Positions 12,779 to 24,825 of a stretch of DNA of 64,000 nucleotides are shown one piece after another. The DNA comes from Octopus sinensis. Lineage: Eukaryota. Below the pieces are notes generated by a model that worked only from the letters and a program-made list of their open reading frames with translations, did no database searches and was not told the DNA's origin. Where the stretch lies: contig NC_043014.1 in the NCBI RefSeq assembly GCF_006345805.1, positions 23,064,001 to 23,128,000 on the forward strand. The letters run 5' to 3'. Each line of letters opens with the position of its first letter. Position 1 is the stretch's first letter. Both the position numbers and the translations under genes were made by a program.

Positions 12779-13591
12779 TTAGACAAGTGTCTTCCAGAGG
12801 ACCATCATGGTTTCTTGTTCTCTTGTTCTAAAGGTTCTAAGAATCCATCCAGCCAGCCGTCTACATTTCATTGTCAGTTTAGCAACATGTACATGAAAGG
12901 TCGCGTCATCACTCATGTGAATACCCAGGTCACGCACTGATTGTGCCTCTGGGATTGCAATCCCTCCGGGTCCAGTGTATTCATTGGGTATTGCATTCAG
13001 TTTTGCATGCTGATAGTATAAAGCTTGAAACTTTCCAGCATTGAACTGCATGCTATTCTTTTCAGCCCACTTGTATATTTCGTCCAGCTCACATTGCAGG
13101 TGTTTAGTGTCCTCAGGGTTCTGTATTGCCTGTGAAACTTTTGTATCATCTGCATAACTTGTGATCGTGGCTCTCTGCGTGGCTGAGGGCATGTCTGAGA
13201 GGGCCATTATGAACAGTAGTGGTCCCAGAACAGTGCCCTGCGGAACACTGCTCACTATTTGTGTGTTAATGAAGGTGGTCCCATTGGCTACTACCACCTT
13301 ACTTCTATCCTTCAGAAAGTCATGAAGCCATTCTCCCAGTTTTCCAACTATGTTGAGATCACGCAGTTTGTGACATATCATTCCATGATCGACTTTATCA
13401 AAGGCCTTTGCAAAGTCGAGATATATCACTTCCACATTTGAGTGGTTGAGCAGCCGTTTCAGCACCCAGTCATAGTGTTGTAGGAGCTGAGTTAAACAGC
13501 TTCTCCCTGGTCGGAAACCATGTTGGGTGTCAGGCAGCAAGTCATTCTCTTCAAGGAAGGTGATCAGCTTCCTTCTGACTATTCGTTCCAT
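12779..13591 (-). CDS. Reverse transcriptase core of the CR1/L2-group LINE (fragment of ORF2)
   Basis: 270-aa open segment with canonical non-LTR RT motifs including YADD. Confidence 0.9.
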   Translation of the reverse strand: MERIVRRKLITFLEENDLLPDTQHGFRPGRSCLTQLLQHYDWVLKRLLNHSNVEVIYLDFAKAFDKVDHGMICHKLRDLNIVGKLGEWLHDFLKDRSKVVVANGTTFINTQIVSSVPQGTVLGPLLFIMALSDMPSATQRATITSYADDTKVSQAIQNPEDTKHLQCELDEIYKWAEKNSMQFNAGKFQALYYQHAKLNAIPNEYTGPGGIAIPEAQSVRDLGIHMSDDATFHVHVAKLTMKCRRLAGWILRTFRTREQETMMVLWKTLV

Positions 13592-15517
13592 GACCTTGCT
13601 GATGTGTGAGGTCAGAGAGATAGGTCTATATAGTTCTTGGCTTCCGCTCTGCTACCTCCTTTATGAATGGGGCATATTTTACCTTCCTTCAGTTTTGCTG
13701 GAAGTTTGCCAGCTGCAAGGAAGCTCTGAAAGAGGAACTGCAGTGGTCTTGCTAGGACTCTCTTACATGCTTTTAGGAGGATTGCCGGGAATCCATCGGG
13801 GCCAGTAGCTGAGTCTGTTTTCATTTCATCTATAGCCTTGGTTACATCGTCTTCCTTTATATCGATGTAATCTATTCGTCGCCGCCTCTGATTTTATATC
13901 TGCAGTGGTAAAAAAGTCAGTTGGATTGGTGATTTGGAGATGCCCACGGGGTGGAGTGAAAACACTCTTGAATTGCTCATTCAGTATTTCACTTACCCTC
14001 ATTGGTTTTCCTGTAAGTGTGCCATCCTTTTCGAGGAGTGCCCTATTCTACAGTGCACTGTAGCTGTTTCTTTGGCATACCTGTAGAAAGCTCTGGGGTT
14101 AGATTTTATGTTTTCTATAGCCCAGGCTTCTTTGTCTGCTCTTTCTTTTTCATGGGAGAGTTGCAGACATTTTTCGATTTCCAACAGTTTTATTTTAGGC
14201 GGGACTTTTCACTGCTTTCAATCTGTTTGTTTAGGCGATTTGAAAATTTTGTACGCCGTCTCATTAAAATTTTCCTCTCTCTGGGGATTTTGTTCTTGTG
14301 TACAGTGGCCTTTCTCTCTGGGACACATTGTAGCATATGGCTTGCATTACAGACATGAATTGTTGAAGTTTCACGTCGATGTCTGGCGAGGAGAGACATT
14401 TAGGCCAGTTTTGTTTGAGGATCTCTTTCTCAATTTGTTTCCAGTTTGCCTTATGGTAGTTCAAGCTGGAAAGATTTTGAGGGTTTCTTGTAGGCTGCAT
14501 GTCCGTGCTCTCTTTTGGCCCGTACATGGTCAGCTCTATCATGTTGTGATCCGAGAGTAGTGTCGGTGTCACTTTCACATTATGGATGAGATCCATGTCA
14601 TTTGTGAAGCAGAGATCCAGTGTGTTACCTGCCCTGGTTGGTTGGAGTATTACCTGCTCCATGTACAGGTGTTGATGAGGTTCAGGAGGGACCTCGCCTG
14701 TCCTCGTTCACATCTTGTCATTCCTGGGAGAGAAAGGCCCTCGGGCCATCTGACATCGGGCAGATTGAAGTCTCCCATAAGAAGCACACCTATGTGTTGT
14801 TCTAATGTGGTTAGAATTTCTTCTATTTTTATAAGGCAGTCTTCAAAAACTTGCCCACATGGCTTGGGGCATCTGGAGGGCGATATGTAGCACACACAAC
14901 TACATCAAGTTGCCTTATATGTACAATTAGTGTGTCACACACCGAGTTTGAGTATGACCAAGAGGACCTGGGTGTGAGGTCCTCACGGATGTACATAGCA
15001 ACACCTCCATACTCCTTTCTTTCCTGTCGGTCCGTAGTACAGCATACTGTGGTATGTGTAACTCCGCATCTGCTATGTCCGGTTTCAGGTGCGTTTCTGT
15101 AAGTGCTATGCATAAGGCTTGATTGCATGCAACAAAGTCTCTCAGGAATGGGATCTTTGTCCTGTTACTGAGTGTTTGCAGTCCTCTGATGTTCAGTAGG
15201 AGTATCGAGGTGAGGTGTACGTTGTTGCCGGCGGTGTCCATCCTGTGTCTGTTTGCTGTGGTGGTCTGGTATATAGTGGGTAGTCCCACCTGCGGGCTTG
15301 GGTTTGATGAAGCCAGGTCAGCTGCTGTACAATCTTTTGTGCCATGCACAAAAAAGATTATTGCTCAGCAGCTGCTCTTTCGACAACATCATGTTGGCTG
15401 TTTGTGGCGCGCACAACATCTGCGTACCTCCGCTTTGGGGCAGGTGGTGCGTGGTCCATCCTTTTCTTTGTGTTGATGTTTGTCCATCTGCCTCGTGTCT
15501 CTGTGGCAGGGTCCCCG

Positions 15518-15583
15518 ATGTGCAAAGCGGCAGCCTGCACCTTCCTTTCCATGCCAGCAGGAACCTCTCAGGTAGAACATACA
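15518..15583 (-). CDS. CCCH-type zinc finger within LINE ORF1
   Basis: [22 protein letters not shown] = C-x7-C-x8-C-x3-H, upstream of the ORF2 APE domain on the same strand. Confidence 0.6.
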
Positions 15584-15849
15584 CACCCGTGTGCGCTGTT
15601 TGGTTCCATCCTTTGCGGTTCCACTTCTATTCCTGGTTGTTTCACTCTTTGGTCCTGCTTGAGCTTTTTCTTTTCCTTTAGCTCTTCCAGTCCTTCTTTT
15701 AGTTCTTCTTCCTCCCTCTACCTCTTCACCGGGTTCTCCGTCTCCATGGCCCTTGCTGCCGGTTGGAGAACTTGCACCTGGGTTCACTTCCCGGGCAGGT
15801 TTCTCATTCAAAACCTCCTCCCGGGCGTCCACCAGGTGGGGGTGACTTC

Positions 15850-15897
<48 letters not shown>

Positions 15898-16028
15898 CAT
15901 ACATATATATATATACATTTCCTTTTCCTGAGCGCCTATTAATAATAATACTGTAATTGTTCCATTGTTGTTGTTTTTTTGTTTCCCGTTTGATTAAAAT
16001 TATACATACATATATATATATATACATA

Positions 16029-16108
<80 letters not shown>

Positions 16109-16126
16109 CATACATATATATATATA

Positions 16127-16161
<35 letters not shown>

Positions 16162-16185
16162 CATATAAATATATATACATATATA

Positions 16186-19100
16186 TCATCATCATCATCA
16201 TCATCATCATTTAACGTCCGCTTTCCATGCTAGCATGGGTTGGACGGTTCAACTGGGGTCTGGGGAGCCCGAAAGCTGCACCAGTCCAGTCAGATCTGGC
16301 AGTGTTTCTACAGCTGGATGCCCTTCCTAACGCCAACAACTCCGAGAGTGTAGTGGGTGATTTTATGTGCCACCGACACAGGTGCCAGACGAGGCTGGCA
16401 AACGGCCACGCTCGGATGGTGTTTTTTTTATGTGCCACCGACACAGTGCCAGACGAGGCTGGCAGACGGCCACGCTCGGATGGTGTTTTTATGTGCCACC
16501 GACACAGGTGCCAGACGAGGCTGGCAGACGGCCACGCTCGGATGGTGTTTTTATGTGCCACCGACACAGGTGCCAGACGAGGCTGGCAGACGGCCACGAT
16601 CGGATGGTGCTTGTTACGTGCCCACAGCACGGAGGCCAGTCGATGCGGTACTGGCTACGGCCACGTTCGGATGGTTTTCTTATGTGCCACGTGCCACCGG
16701 CACTGGTACCACAAGATACAAATTCCATTGATGTTCATCTATTTTGATTTGTTTTGATTTTCACTTGCCTCAACAGGTCTTCACAAGTGTCACAAGAAGG
16801 AAGGTATGCACAGGTGGACTGACTACGTCCCAGGTAGGGGCCATGGGTTATGCCTGACTAGTCTTGCCGGGTCTTCGGATGGTGTTTTTATGTGCCACCG
16901 ACACAGGTGCTAGATCAGGCAGGCGAACGGCCACGATCGGATGGTGTTTGTCATGTGCCCACCGCACTGACTACAGCACTGATGGATTTCTTGTGTGCCA
17001 CAGGCACTGGTACCACAAGATACAAATTCCATTGATGTTCATCTATTTTGTCTATTTTGATTTGATTTGATTTTGATTTTCACTTGCCTCAACCGGTCTT
17101 CACAAGTGTCACAAGAAGGAAGGTATGCACAGGTGGACTGACTAGTCTTGCCGGGTCTTCGGAAGGTGTTTTTATGTGCCACCGACACAGGTGCCAGATG
17201 AGGCTGGCGAACGGCCATGATCGGATGGTGTTTGTTACGTGCCCACAGCACGGAGGCCGGTCGATGCGGAACTGGCTACGGCCACGTTCGGATGGTTCTC
17301 TTGTGTGCCACCGGCACTGGTACCACAAAGAGTGTGCCACCGGCACTGGTACCACAAAGATACAGATTCCATTGATGTTCATCTATTTTGATTTGTTTTG
17401 ATTTTCACTTGCCTCAACAGGTCTTCACAAGTGTCACAAGAAGGAAGGTATGCACAGGTGGACTGACTACGTCCCAGGTAGGGGCCATGGGTTATGGCCT
17501 GACTAGTCTTGCCGGGTCTTCGGATGGTGTTTTTATGTGCCACCGACACAGGTGCTAGATGAGGCTGGCGAACGGCCACGATCGGATGGTGTTTGTCATG
17601 TGCCCACAGCACGGAGGCCAGTCGATGCGGTACTGGCTACGGCCACTTTCGGATGGTTTTCTCTTGTGTGCCACGGCACTGGTACCACAAAGATACAAAT
17701 TCCATTGATGTTCATCTATTTTGATTTGTTTTGATTTGATTTTGATTTGATTTTCACTTGCCTCAGCAGGCCTTCACAAGTATCACAAGGAGGAAGGTAT
17801 GCACAGGTGGACTGACTACGTCCCAGGTAGGGGCCATGGTTATGGCCTGACTAGTCTTGCCGGGTCTTCGGAAGGTGTTTTTATGTGCCACCGACACAGG
17901 TGCTAGATCAGGCAGGCGAACGGCCACGACCGGATGGTGTTTGTTATGTGCCCACAGCACGATGGCCAGTGATGCGGTACTGACTACGGCCATGTTCGGA
18001 TGGATTCTTGTGTGCCACCGGCACTGGTACCACAAGCGGTACTGTTGCCTCAGCAGGTCTTCACAAGTGTCACAAGAAGGAAGGTATGCACAGGTGGATC
18101 GACTACGTCCCAGGTAGGGGCCACGGGATATGGCCTGACTAGTCCTGCCGGGTCCTCTCATGCACAGCACACTTCCATAGGACTCGGTCTTCAGTCATTC
18201 CTTGGTGAGACCTAAAGTTCGAAGGTCGTGCTTCACCACCTCGTCCCAGGTTTTCCTGGGTCTACCTCTTCCACAGGTTCCCTCAACTGCTAGGGTGTAG
18301 CACTTTTGCACACAACTATCTTCAGCCATTCTCGTCACATGACCATACCAGCGCAGCCGTCTCTCTTGCACACCACAACTGACACTTCTTAGGTTCAACT
18401 TTTCTCTCAAAGTACTTACACTCTGACGATTATGAACACTGACATTACACATCCATCGTAGCATACTGGCTTCATTTCTTGCAAGCTTACGCATATCCTC
18501 AGCTGTCACGGCCCATGTTTCACTACCATGTAGCATGGCTGTACGTACACACGCATCATATAGTCTGCCTTTTACTCTTAGCGAGAGGCCTTTTGTCACC
18601 AGCAGGGGTAAGAGCTCTCTAAACTTTGCCCAGGCTATTCTTACTCTAGCAGTTACACTTTCAGCACACCCACCCCCGCTACTGACTTGGTCTCCTAGGT
18701 AGCGGAAGCTATCAACTACTTCTAGTTTGTCTCCCTGGAACGTGGCAGAAGTTGGTCTCTGCACATTTCCAGTGTTTATTTCTCCTGAGCATCTGCCACA
18801 GACAAAAACTATTTTCTTAGTTAGCCTTCCTTTGACATTGCTGCACCTCTTATGTGTCCATAGCTTACACTTGGTGCACCTTATAGAGTTTCTACCTACA
18901 CCTTTTTTACAGATCGAGCAGGGCCATCTACCTGAAGTCGTTTGTGGTTGGTCCACCTTCCTACTTATTAGGACTTTGGTTTTGGCTAGGTTGATTCTAA
19001 GGCCCTTCGATTCTAATCCTTGTTTCCACACCTGAAACTTCTCCTCCAGTTCTGATAGTGACTCAGCAATTAGAGCAAGGTCATCAGCATATAGGAGCTC

Positions 19101-19537
19101 CCAGGGGCATCCTGTCTTAAATTCTTCCGTTATTGCCTGGAGGACTATGATAACTAGGAGGGGGCTGAGGACTGAAGCTTGGTGGACCCCAACCTCTACC
19201 CGGAATTCTTCACTGTACTTGTTGCCAACCCTCACCTTACTAGCTGCGTCTCTGTACATGGCTCGCACAGCTCTCACTAACCATTCATCTATCCCTAGTT
19301 TCCTCATTGACCACCAGATAAGGGATCGGGGGACCCTGTCAAAGGCTTTCTCTAAGTCAACAAAAGCCAGGTACAAGGGCTTACCTTTGGCTAGGTATTT
19401 CTCCTGCAGCTGTCTTACCAGGAATATAGCATCAGTAGTACTTTTCCCTGGCACGAACCCAAACTGCATATCATCTAAGCTAACTCTCTCTCTAATTAAC
19501 TGGGCTATAACCCTCTCCGTAACCTTCATTACCTGAT
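16186..19537 (-). mobile_element. 5'-truncated RTE LINE with expanded, internally duplicated 3' UTR and (GAT)n tail
   Basis: ORF 18195-19529 has [33 protein letters not shown], a CxxC/HxxC zinc-ribbon insert and RGRPRKTW. The UTR 16186-18190 contains ~60-bp and several-hundred-bp duplications. Confidence 0.95.
18195..19529 (-). CDS. RTE reverse transcriptase (C-terminal 444 aa, uninterrupted)
   Basis: Open frame; near-identical to the C-terminal half of ORF 60800-63538. Confidence 0.93.
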   Translation of the reverse strand: MKVTERVIAQLIRERVSLDDMQFGFVPGKSTTDAIFLVRQLQEKYLAKGKPLYLAFVDLEKAFDRVPRSLIWWSMRKLGIDEWLVRAVRAMYRDAASKVRVGNKYSEEFRVEVGVHQASVLSPLLVIIVLQAITEEFKTGCPWELLYADDLALIAESLSELEEKFQVWKQGLESKGLRINLAKTKVLISRKVDQPQTTSGRWPCSICKKGVGRNSIRCTKCKLWTHKRCSNVKGRLTKKIVFVCGRCSGEINTGNVQRPTSATFQGDKLEVVDSFRYLGDQVSSGGGCAESVTARVRIAWAKFRELLPLLVTKGLSLRVKGRLYDACVRTAMLHGSETWAVTAEDMRKLARNEASMLRWMCNVSVHNRQSVSTLREKLNLRSVSCGVQERRLRWYGHVTRMAEDSCVQKCYTLAVEGTCGRGRPRKTWDEVVKHDLRTLGLTKE

Positions 19538-19790
19538 GTATGTATATATGTATATATATATATTATGTATGTATATATGTATATATATATGTATGTATAT
19601 ATGTATATATATATATATGCATGTATATATGTATATATGTAATATATATATATATATATGTATATATAATATGTATATATATATATGTATGTATATATGT
19701 ATTATATATATGTATGTTATATGTATATATATATGTAGTATATATGTATGTATGTATATATGTATATATATATATATGTATGTATATATG

Positions 19791-19821
<31 letters not shown>

Positions 19822-20676
19822 ATATGTATATATATATATATATATGGTATGTATATATGTATATATAATATATATGTATGTATATATGTATATATATATA
19901 TGTGTATGTATATATATTTATGTATGTATATATGTATTTATATATATATGTATGTATATATGTGTATATATATATATGTATGTATATATGTATATATATA
20001 TATATGTATGTATATATGTGTATATATATATATATATGTATGTATATATGTATATATATATATGTATGTATATATGTATATATATATATGTATGTATATA
20101 TGTATATATATATATGTATGTATATCTGTATATATATATATATGTACATCTGTATATATATATATATGTATGTATATATGTATATATATATATATATGTA
20201 TGTATATATGTATATATATATATATGTATGTATATATATATGTATGTATATATGTATGTATATATGTATATATATATATGTATGTATATATGTATATATA
20301 TATATATATGTATATATATGTATATATATATATGTATATATATGTATATATATATGTATATATGTATATATATGTATATATGTAAAAATATATATATATG
20401 CGTGTATATCTATATATATATATGTATATATGTAAAAATATATGTGTATATCCGTATATATATGTATGTATATATATATATATATATGCATATATATGCA
20501 TACGTATATATATATGTGCATATGTACATATATATATATATACATGTGTATATATATATGTATATATACATATATATATATGTATATATATATGTATATA
20601 TGTATATATACATATATATATATGTATATATATATATACATGTGTATATATATACAAGTGTATATATATACAAGTG

Positions 20677-20708
<32 letters not shown>

Positions 20709-20770
20709 TATATACATGTGTATATATATATATACATGTGCATATATATATATGTATATATACATGTCAT
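19538..20770. repeat. Long (TA)n/(TATG)n microsatellite
   Basis: Direct reading. Confidence 0.98.
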
Positions 20771-20923
20771 ATAGGATAAAATTTTGAAAATATTTTATCA
20801 GTGGCCAGCATATTAAACAATACCTTTTTAGGTCAAAATTATAAACAACTCAAATATGGGCAAAAAAAAGAATGTTATGCCAAACATGCCGGGAATATCC
20901 TTTTAATCATCATTAATCACATT

Positions 20924-21390
20924 TAATTCATCACTATAAGCACGTTTCTTGAAGCAATCTGATAGAAATTTCTCAAAAATTCTGTTATTACCGAATCTGT
21001 CCAATTGTTGAGTTTCTTCATAAAGAATTTTCTTGTTATCAGCAGTAAGTTTTCGAAATTTTATCCTATATTAGATGTAAATTTAATATCATTCACTTCC
21101 AGACTGTCTCTTACTCTATGAGAATTTTTAGTCTGATCCCACGTGTCTTGAGGTGTGCTGCAAAATTTCTATTTGGATATATTTGGGGTACTTAAGTGTA
21201 CTACTGACTTTGTGTCTGCTTGTTCCATGGCTGCAAATAAGTATTTAATTTATTTCTTAATGTATTTACTGCTGATGACAAGAAAATTCTTTATGAATCA
21301 ACTCAGAAATCAGACCGATTCGATAATCATGGAAGTTTTTAGAAATTTCTGTAAGCTTGCTTCGAGACACGTGCTTATAGTGATGAATTA
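20924..21390. mobile_element. Foldback/MITE-like element with ~125-bp imperfect inverted arms
   Basis: Arm 20924-21048 (TAATTCATCACTATAAGCACG...CAGCAGTAA) is the reverse complement of arm 21266-21390; spacer about 217 bp. Confidence 0.75.
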
Positions 21391-23544
21391 TATGTGGTAA
21401 TTGACGATTTAAAGTCTATTCTCGGCATATTTTTTCTGTTAGCATTTTAACGACTGTGGAGGATGCAAAAGAAATAGAAGACTTTTAATTGGTTTGAATA
21501 GTGTAATATACTGATGAATAAGTTTCCTCAGATACTCCTCATTCCCTGTACTTTTGATAGAAATCCTAGACTGTGTGTATTTGTTGGATCAATGATATCA
21601 CACCATATATTGAATTACCATATGATGGATTAAGTTCAAACTTGACATGTTTATTAATAGCTATACTGTTTATCCATACTGTTAAAGACACCCCCCCACT
21701 TACTTTTAATGTATAATCAGTGCTAATTATAAAGTTTGGTTATTATTTGTCCTTGCATCTTTTGTATGTAGGTGTCCCTGAGAAATAATAGAATTATATT
21801 TCATGATATATTTTATATTATAAAATTATATCATAGAATTATAGAATTATATTTTAAAATTGTATGTCTTCATCATTATACTTTATTTATTATTGAGTAA
21901 AAATACTTGCAGTCCATTTTCCTTGAACACTTAGTTTTAAAATCTTATTTATGTTGCTCATCGACACCATGTGATTGATCATTTACTCTGAGGTAGGAGT
22001 CTATATAAAATTTTGCTAAAATTCCTGATGATATTTTAATTATAAAAATATAATAGGATTTTTTCAACATCAAATAACTATGAGGGTCCACTTGAATAAA
22101 ATAGGGATCACAAGGGATCCATAAGTAAAAACAAAAATAGTTGAGAAGCATTGGTCTAAGGCTAATGTTGAACCAATGGCTCTGCATAACTTATTCATTA
22201 TTTTATATTTAATTTTGAGGATAATTAACTACACATATCTTATTTACACTGCAGTGAATCATTTACAAATGAGTTCAGAGGAAGAGTTATTTCTTTCATT
22301 TTATCATCACTAAGTCAGTAGACTGAACCTCTATAATACTGGATTTTCATAATTTTATAGAGATATATATTCTGTTTATTTTGTTGTCATATCTGTTTGC
22401 TCTCTGTAATCTGGATATAGCATATAATTTTGGCTTCCAATAATGTTAAAAATTATTTTTGATATTTAACTTTTCAATAAAAATTTGTAATATAATGAAA
22501 CTAAAATTTCAATAAAGTATTAATGCTATTGGCATATTCTTACAATATTTTTAACACGGCATTGTCATTTACATAAGTTTTCAGCTCATATTTCATTATA
22601 AAAATGAAATTTTCTTTTGATTCCAAATTTTTAAAATGATATTGACAGTTCTGTGGTGCTTTTAAAATATCGGTATTCCAATTATGTATCTAATGGTCTC
22701 AACATCTCAGTGATAAATATATAGTGATGTCTTTTTATTCAATTGGAATATTTAATGAGAATATCACAAAGAAAAATTTACTACTATGTATTGAGTATTC
22801 ATTTTCAAGTACTCAAAATATATTTCCTTTTACCTGTATTTTTTTTCATTTTATTTAAATATTAAAAAAAAAGTTTTCTTCATTCAGTAAGACTTTTGCT
22901 GATTTCAGTCAAATACTTAATGATATCAGTATTTTGGAAATAAAATTTGATGATAATATTTCAGTGAACATTTCTATTGATATTGTTTTTGCAATAGAGC
23001 ATTTAATGATATCAGTATTGCAGTGCTAACATCTAACTAATGATATTAATATATCACTTAATGGTATTGACATTACAGTAGAAATATTTAACACTACTGG
23101 CATTGCAGTCATGCATTTAATGATATTGACATTTTAGCTAAGTATTTACTGATACAGACATTTCAATAAAACATATATCAACATTTCAGTTAAATGTTGA
23201 CACTTCAGGGGGAAAAATGATATTTCTTTTTCCATGTAATATTTAATGATGATAACATGCTGATAGAAATATCAACATTTCAATGGAAGATTTAACAGAG
23301 TAAACAATATTATTGGAAGTAAACTTTTAATAATAATACCGACTTTTTGGTAAAATTTTTATTGAGAATATCATTTCAATAATGCATTTAATGATATAAA
23401 CATCTCTGTAAAGCATTTAATGATATTAGCAGAAGTTTATTGATTTGCATTATCAAGGAGTATTTTTACTGTAAACATTTCACTGAACATTTAATGGTAT
23501 AAACATTTCACTAAAACATTTAATGATATATATATCTATCTACC

Positions 23545-23589
<45 letters not shown>

Positions 23590-23797
23590 ATATTTCAGTG
23601 AAATATTTAATGGTATAAATAGTTAATTGAAACATTTAATAATAAACATTTAGGTAATGCAAGTGTTGCTAGACTTTTGTTTTATTTTCTTAAGATATTT
23701 AAAATTGTAGGTATTTTAGTAAGCCATTTATCATAAACATTTCAGTCGGGCATTTGCTGATTGCGACATTTCAATAAAACATTTAATGGGATTGATA

Positions 23798-24095
23798 TCA
23801 TATCTATAAAAGGGAGGATGTGTGTACGTGATTGTAATTTATGCACATCCACAAATTAGCACGCATGTCACTCAAATTTTAGGAGGACATTTGTCAACAC
23901 CCTATCTGGGTTTTGTGGACTTATTTTTTCCCCCAAGGCACCTGCAAATAGGGTAAAAATCTATTTTCAACCATAGCTTTTAACCATAACAAATATCAGC
24001 CATTACTTTTTGATGGCGTCTAACAAAAAAAAATAAGATAAAGAAAAGTGGAAGAAGGAGGCAGAGAGTTTCATGGGAAAGACAAAATGAAAGAA

Positions 24096-24130
<35 letters not shown>

Positions 24131-24813
24131 GTGACTACGTTCATAAAAAACAAAATGTTTTGTTTTTTGTTTTTGAAAGGCACACTATATTTTATAATCA
24201 TAGTATATATACTTTCTCACACAACAATTACAATATATTTATTTTAAATTGTTTACCCCCCTCTCTCTCTCTCACACATTACTTTGGGTGCGAAAAAGTT
24301 TTGTTTTTATTTTACGCCGAGTAAAAATGTTTTGTTGACAATCCGTTTATTTAACAACAAAGAAACAAAGAGGTGAGTAACAATTTGTCAGTGAATTACA
24401 CACTATAAATAGGTACAATTTGCAAGGCTTCCACCACACCCCCACTCCATTTCACGGACCACAAAAAGGGTTTTGAGGCCAGAGTAGTTGATTCCACGCA
24501 AAAAAAACGATTTTTTTTCTTTTTTTGTGCGAGTGTTAATCTACAAATTTAACAACATTTTCCCCATTCATTTCTGTTTATGAACATGTATGCATGCACA
24601 AAACATGCAATAGGTGTACGTACGTGTGTGTATGTGTGTTCGTGTCTGTTGCCCATACATATTTATATTATTTTATTTATATATAATATAACTAATTTCA
24701 ACGGATTTCACCCAAATTCGATGTCTATATTACTTAGTTTGGTTTGAAATAAAGAACTTGATTAGCTTAATAATCGTAACTTAATCCCGGGCAAGACCGG
24801 GTTATACTGCTAG
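23798..24813 (+). mobile_element. Non-autonomous Helitron
   Basis: 5' TC after A; 3' hairpin CCCGG-GCAAGA-CCGGG (24786-24801) followed by CTAG (24810-24813) then T. Removing it restores ATTGATA|TTTCAG, which matches the host minisatellite unit. Confidence 0.8.
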
Positions 24814-24825
24814 TTTCAGCAATAA

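Larger units (their letters stand above)
12158..15849 (-). mobile_element. Near-full-length CR1/L2-group LINE: partial ORF1 plus frameshifted ORF2 (APE endonuclease + RT); (TCAA)n tail
   Basis: APE motifs LLNIRGL, LTETHL, YRPP, GDFNLP and NTLDLCFTN. RT motifs QHGFRPGRSCLTQLL, YLDFAKAFDKVDH, VPQGTVLGPLLF and YADDTK. ORF2 is split over about 10 frames. Confidence 0.92.
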
